Assembly: GCA_965267575.1 (NCBI GenBank) | Contig: OZ254086.1 | Coordinates: forward strand, 4,256,001 to 4,320,000 | DNA: 64,000 bases | From: Calditrichales bacterium | GTDB lineage: Bacteria; Calditrichota; Calditrichia; Calditrichales; J004 | Direction of reading: 5' to 3' | In this document: piece after piece, positions 9,255 through 20,001 of the stretch | How the letters are laid out: each line of letters begins with the position of its first letter | How positions within the stretch are numbered: the first letter of the stretch is position 1 | Made by a program: the position numbers and the translations under genes | Notes under the pieces: model-generated | What the model saw: the letters and a program-made list of their open reading frames with translations, nothing else | Told to the model about the DNA's origin: nothing | Database searches by the model: none

Positions 9255-11089
9255 TAGTTAGTATTTTCGAGCCATATTTTTAGTGAAATAGCTCGATTAA
9301 AACGATATTTTTCATCAGAACTGCTTTTCCCTTTCTCTAGTGTTGTTTTAATATTTTTATTATTAAATAATTCACTACTTTGAGTAATTTGGCTTTGGTT
9401 ATCTTTATAAAAAATTTCTGACCATTTGTTGGAATCAAATGTGTCGTTTTTGATTTTTCTTGCCTTAAATTTACCATAGGATTTCCCAAAGCCAGCAACT
9501 AACCAACCTAAAAACCCAAACTTAAGCCATCCTGGCATAAAATTACGATCGAGCATTATATAGTTTAAAGCATTATTATTTAATGTCATTAAGTCTACAT
9601 ATAGATCTTGTCCTCTGCGTCTTTCAAGCTGGTTTGAGGCAAGAATACCCTTATAAATTCCTGCGTATTCAGTGTTAAATAGTGTCTCCAAATAGTCTAA
9701 ATCAGCAAAGGTAACATAGTCGTCTACAAACAAATCGACCAAATGAAACTCTGTTTGCCAATATTTCATTAAGCTTTCCTTTAACAGAAAAAAATAAAAA
9801 CGAATCTTTGGTGGAAGAAAAGAATACTCTGAAATATACCTATCCTTTATTTCTGTATATATAGCTTCAATAGGCTCATTTGATAAAAGAAAACTATCAA
9901 AATAAGTGTTTGATTTAAATCCAAGACAATGCTCCTTAAATGTTTTATAATCGTTAAAAAATATAGAATTGGAAAACCTATTAAAAATTACGCCAGCAGG
10001 GTTATTAAATAGAGGCCTTATCATATCACATTGGCCTAAAATACAGGAACGGCTATAATCCTTGATAATATTATAAGAATATGGATAAACAGCCCGATTA
10101 AAACCCGTTATTCCACACGTCAAATTTATTGCAGTAAGACCAAATTGTGAATAAACGTTTTCAAACGATTTATTGAGTAAGACAGGAAAATATTCAAACC
10201 CTAATTCATTAGATATCTTTTGCGGTATTTGTATTTGTCTGGAACCAGGCATACCATAACTAATCGCTCTCATTCTGAAATAATCTGAATTTTCAATTAA
10301 TGATAAATTTAGCCTACCATCAAAACCACCTGTTAACGAAATATTAAATTCATCAGTATTTGATATGTAATTATTTATTGAATTTTTTAGTGCACTATTA
10401 ATTGGCTCTAATGAGTCTTTTCTTTTTAACGGGCTTGAGATAAACCACTTCGCAAAGTCATATACAAGATTAAACTTGACAGAGTCGTTTTCTATTACAA
10501 TTTCATGGCCGCCTGGAATGCTTTTGATATCATTAATAATAGTTTTATTATATATTGTATGATCAAAAAGGCTAACCTCGACTAACGCTTGTTTGTTTAC
10601 ATTAAATGGAATGTATTCAAAAAAAGCATCGAAGTAGTTAGTAAAAAGAAAATGTCTGTCTTTATAATATAAAAATGAAGGATGCATGAACATCGGCGAT
10701 GAATATAAGCAGATTTTTTGTGATTTCTTATCTAGCAAAACGATATAATAGTTACCTTTAAGTATTCTATAATGATTCTTTCCAAACTCATTGATTATTT
10801 CGAATACTTCCCTAGGACAAGGCACTATACCTCTTTGTCTATAATCATTACGCCAAATAACTGATCCACCTACAAATAAAAAATATTTTTCATTATTATA
10901 AAAAGGATTATTCCAGTTCTTTTCTATAAGCCCAGGCTTTTTTCTATAATACTGAAGGGTCGTAAGGTTAATATATTTTTCGGGTTTGTACTTATTTTCA
11001 ATTTCTAAGTACTTATTTATTAGTTTATTTTGAAACGAGAAGTGTTTTTTGTTTTTCCCTGATGTATCGATTGATAAGAAATATCTCAT
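9254..11089 (-). CDS. Asparagine synthase-related protein lacking the N-terminal catalytic Cys
   Basis: PP-loop-like SLTGGFDGR; no MCGI start; similar length to AsnB. Confidence 0.6.
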   Translation of the reverse strand: MRYFLSIDTSGKNKKHFSFQNKLINKYLEIENKYKPEKYINLTTLQYYRKKPGLIEKNWNNPFYNNEKYFLFVGGSVIWRNDYRQRGIVPCPREVFEIINEFGKNHYRILKGNYYIVLLDKKSQKICLYSSPMFMHPSFLYYKDRHFLFTNYFDAFFEYIPFNVNKQALVEVSLFDHTIYNKTIINDIKSIPGGHEIVIENDSVKFNLVYDFAKWFISSPLKRKDSLEPINSALKNSINNYISNTDEFNISLTGGFDGRLNLSLIENSDYFRMRAISYGMPGSRQIQIPQKISNELGFEYFPVLLNKSFENVYSQFGLTAINLTCGITGFNRAVYPYSYNIIKDYSRSCILGQCDMIRPLFNNPAGVIFNRFSNSIFFNDYKTFKEHCLGFKSNTYFDSFLLSNEPIEAIYTEIKDRYISEYSFLPPKIRFYFFLLKESLMKYWQTEFHLVDLFVDDYVTFADLDYLETLFNTEYAGIYKGILASNQLERRRGQDLYVDLMTLNNNALNYIMLDRNFMPGWLKFGFLGWLVAGFGKSYGKFKARKIKNDTFDSNKWSEIFYKDNQSQITQSSELFNNKNIKTTLEKGKSSSDEKYRFNRAISLKIWLENTN

Positions 11090-11091
11090 AT

Positions 11092-12252
11092 TCAGCTTCT
11101 TTTAATTATGCGAAAGAGTCTTTTAGTCAAGTTTAAGTCTTTAATAAACGGTAAAGGATCGCTAATAGAAAATAAGTTTGTTGCGGCAATTGGAAACCAT
11201 GACCAGACAAACCTTGGCAAAGAAATTCCATATTTTTTGTGGTATTTTTTCCAAAATAATAAATCGGGAAAAAAATCAACCCATTTGCCGTTATTTTTAA
11301 GATTTGTTCTTGGCTTTTGACGACTATTATTTATATAATCAATCAAGATAGCTGGAAAATTAATACCACAATTTTTAGAAAAGTTTATTTGGAGCCATAC
11401 TCTAATGTTTGTTTCTATGTAATAAAACTTTTTATCTAATGCATTATATTTAAACTCAATATTAGAGAAACCAATTAAATTGTATTTTTGAATGAAGAGT
11501 CTTGCACTATTTTCAAGTTCATTTTGTATTACGGTTTCAATGCACGTAGCCGTTCCAAATCCATCTGGATATTGGCGCAGCTTTTTTATTGTATGTTGAA
11601 ATACATCACCATTAGGTAAAAGTAAACTGTTTACCTCATAGTTAAAATTATTATCACCAGTAATGATGTTTTGTATTAAAAAATTAACGCCTTTTGATTC
11701 AACTTTATGTAGATTTTTGTATAATTCTTCGCTATTTCTAACGACAATAACTTTTTCTTTAATAGCTTGCTTCCATTCCACCACATAGACAGGTTTAATT
11801 GCTAAGGGAAACTTTAAATTATTACCTAATTCTTTCTTCAATTGATTTTTTTCTTTTACGAAAAAAGGAACATTTAGGCCAATATCACTAGCCATTTGAA
11901 ACTGTACATCTCGCGTAACGATTTTACTTACCGAGGAATAATCAGGCTGTATGCAAGTACAATAAGTGGATAATTCATTCGAATATTTAGCAGCAAGTTG
12001 AACAAATTCATCACTTGTGGGGATCAAGAAAAATAATTTATTAGTCTTATTTAACCAAGCTAAAACAAATCTTATCCAATCACTTTCGTTAATGTTGGGG
12101 TTTGGAGTCGATACAGACTTAATAAATCTGGAGTAAAAGCCACTATTGTTTTTATTATAGTCCATACCATATATACTGTAAACTTTCCTATTAAAACACT
12201 TGGCCGTCATAAGAGCAGTATCATATAAACCGAATAGTAAAATGTCTTTCAT
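11092..12252 (-). CDS. ATP-grasp carboxylate-amine ligase (D-aspartate ligase-like)
   Basis: LIPTSDE, FPLAIKP, KLRQYP..FG, EFK......YYIETN.R.W and SDPLPF motifs. Confidence 0.8.
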   Translation of the reverse strand: MKDILLFGLYDTALMTAKCFNRKVYSIYGMDYNKNNSGFYSRFIKSVSTPNPNINESDWIRFVLAWLNKTNKLFFLIPTSDEFVQLAAKYSNELSTYCTCIQPDYSSVSKIVTRDVQFQMASDIGLNVPFFVKEKNQLKKELGNNLKFPLAIKPVYVVEWKQAIKEKVIVVRNSEELYKNLHKVESKGVNFLIQNIITGDNNFNYEVNSLLLPNGDVFQHTIKKLRQYPDGFGTATCIETVIQNELENSARLFIQKYNLIGFSNIEFKYNALDKKFYYIETNIRVWLQINFSKNCGINFPAILIDYINNSRQKPRTNLKNNGKWVDFFPDLLFWKKYHKKYGISLPRFVWSWFPIAATNLFSISDPLPFIKDLNLTKRLFRIIKRS

Positions 12253-12950
12253 TTATCAATTATTTTATCTAAAAAAAAGTCCGTAGTTGTTTGCTTTACA
12301 TGCTTTATTCCATAACGATAATAACCTGTAAACACCTTGATCACGTGATTTATACCCAGCAAATCATGAACCTTAACAGATATTTGGTTGTGCTTCATAA
12401 GCCACAGCCAAAATTTCGTGAAGCCCAGCTTTTTATGCTCATAAATCACGCAAGAAAGTAAATACTGATAATAACCTTTACTGCGGTAATTTTTAAAAGT
12501 ATAAACATCGTAAACGGTAAAACACCCTTTAACTAAAGGAATTTTTAAATTTATTTGGTTAATATTAGCACTTTGTGTTGAGGTAAATAAAAATGTAATC
12601 GGTTGGCTTTTCAATTCTAAAACATACAACGTATCTCCAGAATTAAATCTCTTTTTAACTTCTAAAGAATATCTCTCATCTAAAAATTGTTCCTCTTCTA
12701 TTCTTTTGTTTATTATGGGTTTAGATTGCTCAAAAGACGTATAAATCGTTAAGTTATAATCAGGTCTATTAGAAACATTTAATAATTGATGTTTTAAAAT
12801 ATTTGTCTCTATCAAATATATTATTTCGGCTTTAGTATTCCATCTTTTCATTATAAAGCTTATCGCTAACATTGGTACATAGATCATTAGATATGGCTTT
12901 TTTAATAAAAGGAAAGGATCTCTTTTAATCTTTTCAAGATTATTTAACAC
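12249..12950 (-). CDS. GNAT family N-acetyltransferase
   Basis: YDVYT..NYRSKG acetyl-CoA motif and HN..S..V...LG. Confidence 0.65.
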   Translation of the reverse strand: MLNNLEKIKRDPFLLLKKPYLMIYVPMLAISFIMKRWNTKAEIIYLIETNILKHQLLNVSNRPDYNLTIYTSFEQSKPIINKRIEEEQFLDERYSLEVKKRFNSGDTLYVLELKSQPITFLFTSTQSANINQINLKIPLVKGCFTVYDVYTFKNYRSKGYYQYLLSCVIYEHKKLGFTKFWLWLMKHNQISVKVHDLLGINHVIKVFTGYYRYGIKHVKQTTTDFFLDKIIDK

Positions 12951-13935
12951 CGTTATTCAACCAATCAATGTAAGGGCTGACTGTTGTTAGAAGTATTTTT
13001 TTTCGAATAGTATTAATATGCTGAAAAACTTCCGGTAAAATTCTATCTAAAAACTGCGAACTAAAAGAAGGGTGGAACCAAAAATTGCAAACAGTATTAG
13101 TGGACAAAGCTTTATCAATAATTTTTTTATACCTATAAATATGGTAATTAATGCTCCATTCTTTTCGGTAAGTAAACTCATAAGTGCGCTTTAATTCCCA
13201 TAAACCATTTTGATGTTTCACAGGATACCCCAGGATATTCTCAATATCTGTTTGATAAGACGAAAAACCCAATTCCACTAACTTTTCAAGGTTTCCAATA
13301 GTATGTCCCGGGTGTACAAAAGATTTTAATTCCACGTTAAGCTTTGAAGCTTCAGTAATACATTCTTTAATTTCTGCTTCAAAAATTGACGGATGACAGA
13401 CGCCGTCCCGGCAATCAATATGAGAGAACGTATGACATCCTATTTCATGGCCTACTTTTGAGTTTAGTATTTGACTAATTAAATCGGGGCAATACCATCC
13501 CGGTGCTTCTTTATAACTGGAACATGGATCGTATTCAAACCAATCTGAACCTTTATAACGCCAATGCTTATTTTCAAAGTGAGGTAAACGGGGCAGATTG
13601 GGATGCGGCTTGCCATTTTCTCTGGAACATTCCTTTAAAAATAAATGTCCTACAGTTGCCCAAGTAATTGGAATTTCAAACTTGTTAGATAACCCCAGAA
13701 TTTTTGGAATATTCTCTCGTTCAATGTCCCCTTTTTTTTGTGCCCTTTCGAGTGGGTTTTTTACGCTTTTTGAATAACGCCAGGCCCAGGCCAGCTCAAA
13801 ATCAGCTGTTATGGTTATAACAGCTTTTTTATTTGCAGGGATGTATTTCTTATAATTTATAGTTTTTTCGACCTTTGGGTTATTGCCCAAAAGGAATTTA
13901 ACTTTACTTAACTGTGCTTTTAGTTGCCTGCGCAT
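12940..13935 (-). CDS. Polysaccharide deacetylase family protein
   Basis: ADFELAW, TWATVGHL, HEIGCHTFSH and WFHP motifs. Confidence 0.85.
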   Translation of the reverse strand: MRRQLKAQLSKVKFLLGNNPKVEKTINYKKYIPANKKAVITITADFELAWAWRYSKSVKNPLERAQKKGDIERENIPKILGLSNKFEIPITWATVGHLFLKECSRENGKPHPNLPRLPHFENKHWRYKGSDWFEYDPCSSYKEAPGWYCPDLISQILNSKVGHEIGCHTFSHIDCRDGVCHPSIFEAEIKECITEASKLNVELKSFVHPGHTIGNLEKLVELGFSSYQTDIENILGYPVKHQNGLWELKRTYEFTYRKEWSINYHIYRYKKIIDKALSTNTVCNFWFHPSFSSQFLDRILPEVFQHINTIRKKILLTTVSPYIDWLNNGVK

Positions 13936-14984
13936 AATCGGGTGTAAATGTTATCCAGTTTCTTAAGATTTGTTTTATAAGAAAATTTGTTAAGAATAGT
14001 ATTTCTTGCGTTTGACACTATGTATTCTGACAATTTATTATCGTTTTTTACAGTTGTAACGATTTCAACAATGGCTTTATCATCTTTTTCATTTACAAGA
14101 AAACCATTAAAGTTATGCTTTATTATTTCAGGAGTACCACCAACATTTGTAGCTATTGGGACTAAACCGGCTGCCATATATTCCAAAACTGAATTGGAAA
14201 CACCTTCATTGTAGCGAGATGTTGAGCATAATACGCCGACCCTGCATTTGGCTAAATATTCTTCAACATTTCTTATAGCGCCCAGAAAATGAAACCTGGC
14301 GGCAATTGAATTGCCGAGATTATTGACCCATTGCTCAAACCTTGACCTATTCGGACCTTCTCCGGCAAAATATACATTATCGACCACATTATTTTTTACC
14401 AATATGATAGCTGCATTTATAAAAGTTTGGTGGTCTTTATAATCAGAAAAGTTCGCGACCATTATTATATTAAATTGATTTGAAGTTAGTTTTTTTGAAA
14501 ACCGCGTGGGGTTAATAGCATTGTACAACACTTCACCCGTGGTATTGTAATATTTCAGCCCTGCTAACGAATTGCTGATATTTAAACTGGAACCGGCTAG
14601 TAAAGTGCTTTTTAACCAAAATTCTATTCCCCTTTCGATACCTGCGTCCCGTACCGATCCGTCCACTAATTTTATTTTTAAAATCTTCGAGGGCAGATAA
14701 GCATAAAACGATGAAAGCATATCCCAGGTATGAATTATGTCAGGTTTAAATCTTCTTATAGGTTTCCAAACACTCAGTACCGGTTCAAGCCGCGTTGGTC
14801 TCTTTCTAAGTTCTAAAAAATATGCAACACTATTCTTTACTAGCTTACTGTAGTGTACATCTTTGTTAAAAGTTATAACCCCAATTCTATATTTTTCTTT
14901 GGGCAAGCCTTTGATAATCTCGACAAGCTGTCTTTCTTTTCCTCCGCCACGCAAACCATCCACTATGAATAATACGTTTATCAT
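13920..14984 (-). CDS. Glycosyltransferase family 4
   Basis: GGGKERQL, KDHQT, EGVSNSVLEYMAAG..IATNVGG.PEI. Confidence 0.9.
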   Translation of the reverse strand: MINVLFIVDGLRGGGKERQLVEIIKGLPKEKYRIGVITFNKDVHYSKLVKNSVAYFLELRKRPTRLEPVLSVWKPIRRFKPDIIHTWDMLSSFYAYLPSKILKIKLVDGSVRDAGIERGIEFWLKSTLLAGSSLNISNSLAGLKYYNTTGEVLYNAINPTRFSKKLTSNQFNIIMVANFSDYKDHQTFINAAIILVKNNVVDNVYFAGEGPNRSRFEQWVNNLGNSIAARFHFLGAIRNVEEYLAKCRVGVLCSTSRYNEGVSNSVLEYMAAGLVPIATNVGGTPEIIKHNFNGFLVNEKDDKAIVEIVTTVKNDNKLSEYIVSNARNTILNKFSYKTNLKKLDNIYTRLCAGN

Positions 14985-14986
14985 TT

Positions 14987-16222
14987 TTAGAACAAAAAAT
15001 TAGCCAGGCGCTCAGTGTATGAATAAGGATCAAAATAAGTATTGTACGTTTGGCGTGCGTTATCACCAATTTTGACAAGGTCTTTTTTCGGCAATCTAAT
15101 TATCTCTAATAGCTTTTTTGCAATGGAATCCTTGCCTAAATCTATACTTTTGAGGATAAAACCGTTTTGTCTATCAGAAAAGTACATAGGGATATCGCTG
15201 ACATCTGTTATCAGTGTGGGCGTTCCTGTCATGCAGTATTCTGCAAGTTTGGTGGAAAAACCATATCTATTTTGCATATTATCAGAGCGCAGTAATAACA
15301 GTAAATCGCATTTTTTCATTTCAGATAAGGCGATTTGATTAGGTACACTACCCATTAAGTTTACATTATCTTTTAGTGCATAGTTGTTTATTATTGTTCC
15401 TATTTTGTGTTTTGTCGATTTATTATAGCTACCAAACAAATTTAGAACTATTTTTGATTTTAATAGATCGTTAACAGAAATAGCCTTTAAAACATCGTAT
15501 ATTCTATCTTTGCTATCAGCGATTGCACCAAAGAAACCTATATTGAAATGTTTGTTTCCGTATGAGCTTTGAGGTTGCTGTTTGATGTATGCGCTTTTTG
15601 GAAAGGCTAATATAGGAACTCTTATACTGTTTGAACCAAATTTCTCATATAGTTTTTTAATATTTGTTGAAATTGCAATCACGCCATCAAAAGCGAACAT
15701 TAGGATATCCTTAACAAACTCAACTGGCAAAAGCAAAACCTGCAATACATAAAAAATGGCTTTATCCATTATCTTATGTGGTGCCTCATAATTAAGCCTG
15801 ACGGCGACATGCATTTCGTTTTTTTCTAAAAATACTTTTTGCTTTTTTAAAAGCCTTAGGTAGCCAATACTTATAAAATAAAGCGCTAAGCCACCCGGAT
15901 AATACAAAAAGACCGTTTGTTCGTTTTTATAGGAGAATTCGCGATATATTTCTTTTATATATTTTATACTTGCTTTAAAAGGGAAATCTTTTAATAAAAG
16001 CGTGTAAATTTTGGAACTGGCTTTTAATTGATTTTTTAGAGTGCCTTGCTTCTTAAGCTCTAAATTCTCGTCCAAAGTGAAAAAGCTCTTTTCTAATATG
16101 GAGGTAAATATAAATTCAATATTTTCGGCTTTTAAGCTGATAGCGTAATTAATCATTCTGTTAATTGCCGCGTAATTCCTATTCTCAAAAGTAAACGCGG
16201 AAATTAATACAACTCTTTTCAT
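14987..16222 (-). CDS. Glycosyltransferase (GT4-like)
   Basis: YGFSTKLAEY...G.P...TDVSDI C-terminal GT-B motif. Confidence 0.85.
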   Translation of the reverse strand: MKRVVLISAFTFENRNYAAINRMINYAISLKAENIEFIFTSILEKSFFTLDENLELKKQGTLKNQLKASSKIYTLLLKDFPFKASIKYIKEIYREFSYKNEQTVFLYYPGGLALYFISIGYLRLLKKQKVFLEKNEMHVAVRLNYEAPHKIMDKAIFYVLQVLLLPVEFVKDILMFAFDGVIAISTNIKKLYEKFGSNSIRVPILAFPKSAYIKQQPQSSYGNKHFNIGFFGAIADSKDRIYDVLKAISVNDLLKSKIVLNLFGSYNKSTKHKIGTIINNYALKDNVNLMGSVPNQIALSEMKKCDLLLLLRSDNMQNRYGFSTKLAEYCMTGTPTLITDVSDIPMYFSDRQNGFILKSIDLGKDSIAKKLLEIIRLPKKDLVKIGDNARQTYNTYFDPYSYTERLANFLF

Positions 16223-17358
16223 GTCTTTTTAATGCTGGCCCACCTGTTGCTTAACTTAGCCGTTCCCTGGATCAGCTTGAGCACACGCCATGATGTATTT
16301 TCAATTTCATATTCCTCGGGGATTTTCTCATATCTTGCTTGGGCAAATTGATCCACAACCAGCTTGATGCTGTCCAAAACAACTGCCTTGTTAAATCCGG
16401 TCAGCACGATTGTACCGGCATCCAGAGCTTCCGGGCGCTCCATGGAATTGCGTAGCGTGATGGCCGGAAAGTTCAAAATGGCTGATTCCTCACTTATGGT
16501 ACCGCTATCAGAGATGCTGCATTTAGCATGCATTTGTAGATGGACATAATCAAAAAAGCCAAATGGCTTCATGTATTGAACGCGCTTATTCAGGTTCATG
16601 TCCGGCAGTGCTTCCATCCGTTTACGGGTACGTGGATGCGTAGATACAATTACTTTGCAGTTGTAGTTGTTGGCCAGCGTATTCAGTATATCAATGATAT
16701 TGCGAAGGTTGCCTTCGTTGTCAACGTTTTCTTCGCGATGCGCGGAAACGATAAAATAATCGCCCTTTTTTAAGGAAAGATTTTTCAAAATTTCCGATGA
16801 TTCTATTTTCTTGCGATGCGCTTCCAGAACTTCTTTCATGGGAGATCCGGTCAGGTAAATACGCCGGTGCGGCAGTCCTTCGGAAAGCAAATGACGCCTG
16901 GCGTGCTCCGTGTAAACAAGATTGAAGTCCGCCAGGTGATCTATCACGCGCCGGTTAATTTCTTCCGGGACGTTGAAATCAAAACAGCGGTTCCCGGCTT
17001 CCATATGGTAGATGGGAATATGCATCCTTTTTGCCATGTACGCGGCAAGGCAGGAATTCGTATCACCCAAAACAAGAACGGCATCGGGCCTTTCTTCCTT
17101 CAAAACCTTCTCAGATTTTTTTATGATGTCCCCAACGGTAGCACCCAGACTTGTAACATCGGCGTTGAGAAAGTGGTCCGGTTTGCGTAGTTCAAGATCT
17201 TCAAAAAAGACCTGGTTTAGCTCATAATCATAGTTCTGGCCGGTATGCACAAGATTATGATTCACATATTTATCGAGTAATCGAATTGTCGCCGAGAGAC
17301 GTATGATCTCCGGGCGTGTACCGACAAACGTTAATACTTTTATCTTTTCCATGGGCAT
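16219..17358 (-). CDS. wecB: Non-hydrolysing UDP-HexNAc 2-epimerase (FnlC/WbjD/Cap5G type; UDP-L-FucNAc synthesis)
   Basis: GTRPEIIRLS, HTGQNYD, LGDTNS, HMEAGNR, PEEINR, SDSGTISEE. Confidence 0.92.
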   Translation of the reverse strand: MPMEKIKVLTFVGTRPEIIRLSATIRLLDKYVNHNLVHTGQNYDYELNQVFFEDLELRKPDHFLNADVTSLGATVGDIIKKSEKVLKEERPDAVLVLGDTNSCLAAYMAKRMHIPIYHMEAGNRCFDFNVPEEINRRVIDHLADFNLVYTEHARRHLLSEGLPHRRIYLTGSPMKEVLEAHRKKIESSEILKNLSLKKGDYFIVSAHREENVDNEGNLRNIIDILNTLANNYNCKVIVSTHPRTRKRMEALPDMNLNKRVQYMKPFGFFDYVHLQMHAKCSISDSGTISEESAILNFPAITLRNSMERPEALDAGTIVLTGFNKAVVLDSIKLVVDQFAQARYEKIPEEYEIENTSWRVLKLIQGTAKLSNRWASIKKT

Positions 17359-17376
17359 GCTTTCAGAAAATCTTTA

Positions 17377-18492
17377 CTAGACATCTTCATAGAATGTATC
17401 GGGATCTTGCGGATTAAAAAATTCATTAATCCAGAACAGCATAACCAGTTCATCTTCTCCGGTATTGGTTAAATTATGCGTGTACCAAATAGGCATATCC
17501 ACAAAGGCGGGTTGTTCACCGTTTAAATCGAAAGATAAAACTTCCGATGTGCCGGTCTTTCTCATTTCAATACGCGCCCGGCCTTTAAGAACCGCAAAAC
17601 GTTCTATTTTCCTGGTATGAAAATGATTGCCACGTGTTACGCCCGGCTTTGTTGTGGAAAATGAGACCTGACCGCATCCAAGAGCCTTTACTGTTTCGAC
17701 AAATACACCGCGGTCATCACTATGCTTTGTTAAATTAAATGGAAAAAAGCTCTTATGATCTATATAGCTTCTGAATGTATTAAAAAGGTTTAAATCAAAG
17801 GCTGAATTCGTTTCCGGAAAAACAGCCTGCTCCATATACGACTCTTTAAACCCATTTAGCTTTTGCAGCAGGCCCGATACGGTAATTTCGGAGGTATGTG
17901 ATACGGTGTGTATATCGGCGGCTCTTTTATCTTTGATAAGATTATGAATAATTTCCACAAGTTCACCAACGTATATAAGCCTCAATGTGCCATCGTTATC
18001 AATCACTGGCTGCTCATTGTGGGTAAGCTGATATGAAAATGTGGCCACAACAGAATTATAAAAAGGAGCACCAAAAGGTCCGAAAACGTTTGGAATGACC
18101 ATGCCGGAAAAGCGGGCATTATTTTTCTCAGCCCACCGGGCGAATAACTCCCTGCCTGCTCTTTTAGATCGCCCGTATGGATTATCTCTTTCTTCCTGTA
18201 TGGAAGAGGAAAATATTATGTGCGGTAGCGCTTTTTCAGCCTCCATGGCATCGATCAGCTTTTTAACCAGGGAAATATTTGTATGATACAGCTCATCAGG
18301 GTCGTTATGTCGATTCAATGCCGCGAGATGAACAATCGCGTCACATGATTTTACAAATCCTGAAAGATGCTTTGTGTTATCAAAATACGATCTTTTAAAA
18401 GGGACGATTTCTATGTTGTCTTTTAGTTTTAAATAATTTACGAGGTGCGTACCAATAAATCCGGAGCTTCCGGTTACGCCTACTTTAATCAT
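17377..18492 (-). CDS. wbjC: FnlB/WbjC/CapF-type reductase with C-terminal cupin
   Basis: GSSGFIG, YGRSK, PNVFG....PFYNSVVATF, GNHFHTRK.E.F, DPDTF. Confidence 0.88.
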   Translation of the reverse strand: MIKVGVTGSSGFIGTHLVNYLKLKDNIEIVPFKRSYFDNTKHLSGFVKSCDAIVHLAALNRHNDPDELYHTNISLVKKLIDAMEAEKALPHIIFSSSIQEERDNPYGRSKRAGRELFARWAEKNNARFSGMVIPNVFGPFGAPFYNSVVATFSYQLTHNEQPVIDNDGTLRLIYVGELVEIIHNLIKDKRAADIHTVSHTSEITVSGLLQKLNGFKESYMEQAVFPETNSAFDLNLFNTFRSYIDHKSFFPFNLTKHSDDRGVFVETVKALGCGQVSFSTTKPGVTRGNHFHTRKIERFAVLKGRARIEMRKTGTSEVLSFDLNGEQPAFVDMPIWYTHNLTNTGEDELVMLFWINEFFNPQDPDTFYEDV

Positions 18493-18510
18493 TTATAATC
18501 AACCTGTTTT

Positions 18511-18975
18511 TTATTCGGGAAACTTTTGGAACCAGTCAAACCATTGGTCAGCGGGATAACGGTAAGTATCATCCGCGGATTGTTTTAATTGCAGATCGGA
18601 ATAGACGGCAAGAACAGAGCCTGTTTCTAAGGAACGCATACCGTTGGCATATCCGGGCGGGATAAATAGCACTTTCGGAGATTGCGCATTAAGGATTTCA
18701 AATTCGGCCTTTAGCTCCCGGGCAGGACTGTCAAAATCATCAATCTTAACCCAGGCAATTACAAAACGGCCCATTACAGGAAAAAAGAACTTTTTTTCTA
18801 TTCTATGCCCTTGCCAGGCTCTGAGGACCTGATCATCTTTATTTTCGACAAAGTAAAAGCGGCAAATACCCTCGAGATTAAAGTCATTGGCAAAAGATAT
18901 TCTGCCGCGCTCGTCGGAATGCGTACCGGCGGCAATAAGCTTTGGTTTCATTAACTTGTTTTCCGGTTTAATCAA
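18511..18975 (-). CDS. Cupin sugar epimerase/isomerase (WxcM/FdtA/RmlC-like)
   Basis: DERG, RAWQGH..E.K.F and IPPGYANG motifs. Confidence 0.8.
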   Translation of the reverse strand: MIKPENKLMKPKLIAAGTHSDERGRISFANDFNLEGICRFYFVENKDDQVLRAWQGHRIEKKFFFPVMGRFVIAWVKIDDFDSPARELKAEFEILNAQSPKVLFIPPGYANGMRSLETGSVLAVYSDLQLKQSADDTYRYPADQWFDWFQKFPE

Positions 18976-18993
18976 AATACCTACAGTTACGCC

Positions 18994-20001
18994 TTATTTA
19001 ATTCCCAGGTCGTCCCGGATAAACTTTAGCTTTAGCAAAAGATCCTTTGTCTGCTCAAGGTTTAATCTTTCCGTGTTGTGTGAAGTGTACTCCTCCACTT
19101 TGGATATTTTATCTTCACCCTCTGAAAAATAAAGGCTGTAGTTTAAATCCCGTGTATCAGCCGGTATGCGATAATAACGCTCAAGGTCAACTGCTTTAAC
19201 CATCTCTTCCCTGTTGACCAGCGATTCATAAAGCTTTTCCCCGTGCCTTGTCCCTATTATCTTTATTTTATTTTTTGCGCCATAAAGCTCCAGCAGGGCT
19301 TTGGCCACGTCTTCAATCGTAGAAGCCGGCGCCTTTTGTACAAAGATATCACCCGGCTCACCATGATCATACGCGTAGAGCACTAGTTCCACCGCGTCTT
19401 CCAACGTCATCATGAAGCGGGTCATATTGGGATCGGTGATCGTTATCGGCTGGCCTGCTTTGATCTGTTCAACAAAAAGCGGGATAACCGAGCCACGTGA
19501 GGCCATCACGTTGCCATAGCGTGTGCCGCAGAGAATTGTTTTATGATTGGCCTCACGCGATTTAGCAATCATAACCTTTTCCATCAGCGCTTTTGACATA
19601 CCCATTGCGTTGATAGGATAGACAGCCTTATCAGTGCTGAGCACAATAAGCTTTTTCACGCCATGGCGCATGGCCCCGTCAATAACATTCTGCGCACCGA
19701 TGACGTTGGTTTTTAAAGCTTCCCAGGGAAAGAATTCAGCGGTAGGTACCTGCTTAAGAGCGGCAGCATGGAAAACATAATCCACACCCACCATCGCTGA
19801 TTCCACGCTGGCCTGATCGCGCACATCCCCAATGTAAAACTTTACTTTGGGATTATTGACCTTTTTGCGCAGGTCGTCCTGCTTCTTCTCATCACGGCTG
19901 AATATTCGGATTTCGCCGAAGTCAGACTTTGAATAACGTTCTAATACCGCCTGGCCGAACGAACCGGTTCCGCCGGTAATAAGGAGGTTTCTATTTTTCA
20001 A
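18994..20001 (-). CDS. wbjB: UDP-GlcNAc 4,6-dehydratase/5-epimerase (FnlA/WbjB/CapE)
   Basis: TGGTGSFG, SRDEKKQ, HAAALKQVP, STDKAVYPINAMG.SK, RYGNVMASRGSVIP; TTG start overlapping the upstream stop. Confidence 0.92.
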   Translation of the reverse strand: MKNRNLLITGGTGSFGQAVLERYSKSDFGEIRIFSRDEKKQDDLRKKVNNPKVKFYIGDVRDQASVESAMVGVDYVFHAAALKQVPTAEFFPWEALKTNVIGAQNVIDGAMRHGVKKLIVLSTDKAVYPINAMGMSKALMEKVMIAKSREANHKTILCGTRYGNVMASRGSVIPLFVEQIKAGQPITITDPNMTRFMMTLEDAVELVLYAYDHGEPGDIFVQKAPASTIEDVAKALLELYGAKNKIKIIGTRHGEKLYESLVNREEMVKAVDLERYYRIPADTRDLNYSLYFSEGEDKISKVEEYTSHNTERLNLEQTKDLLLKLKFIRDDLGIK

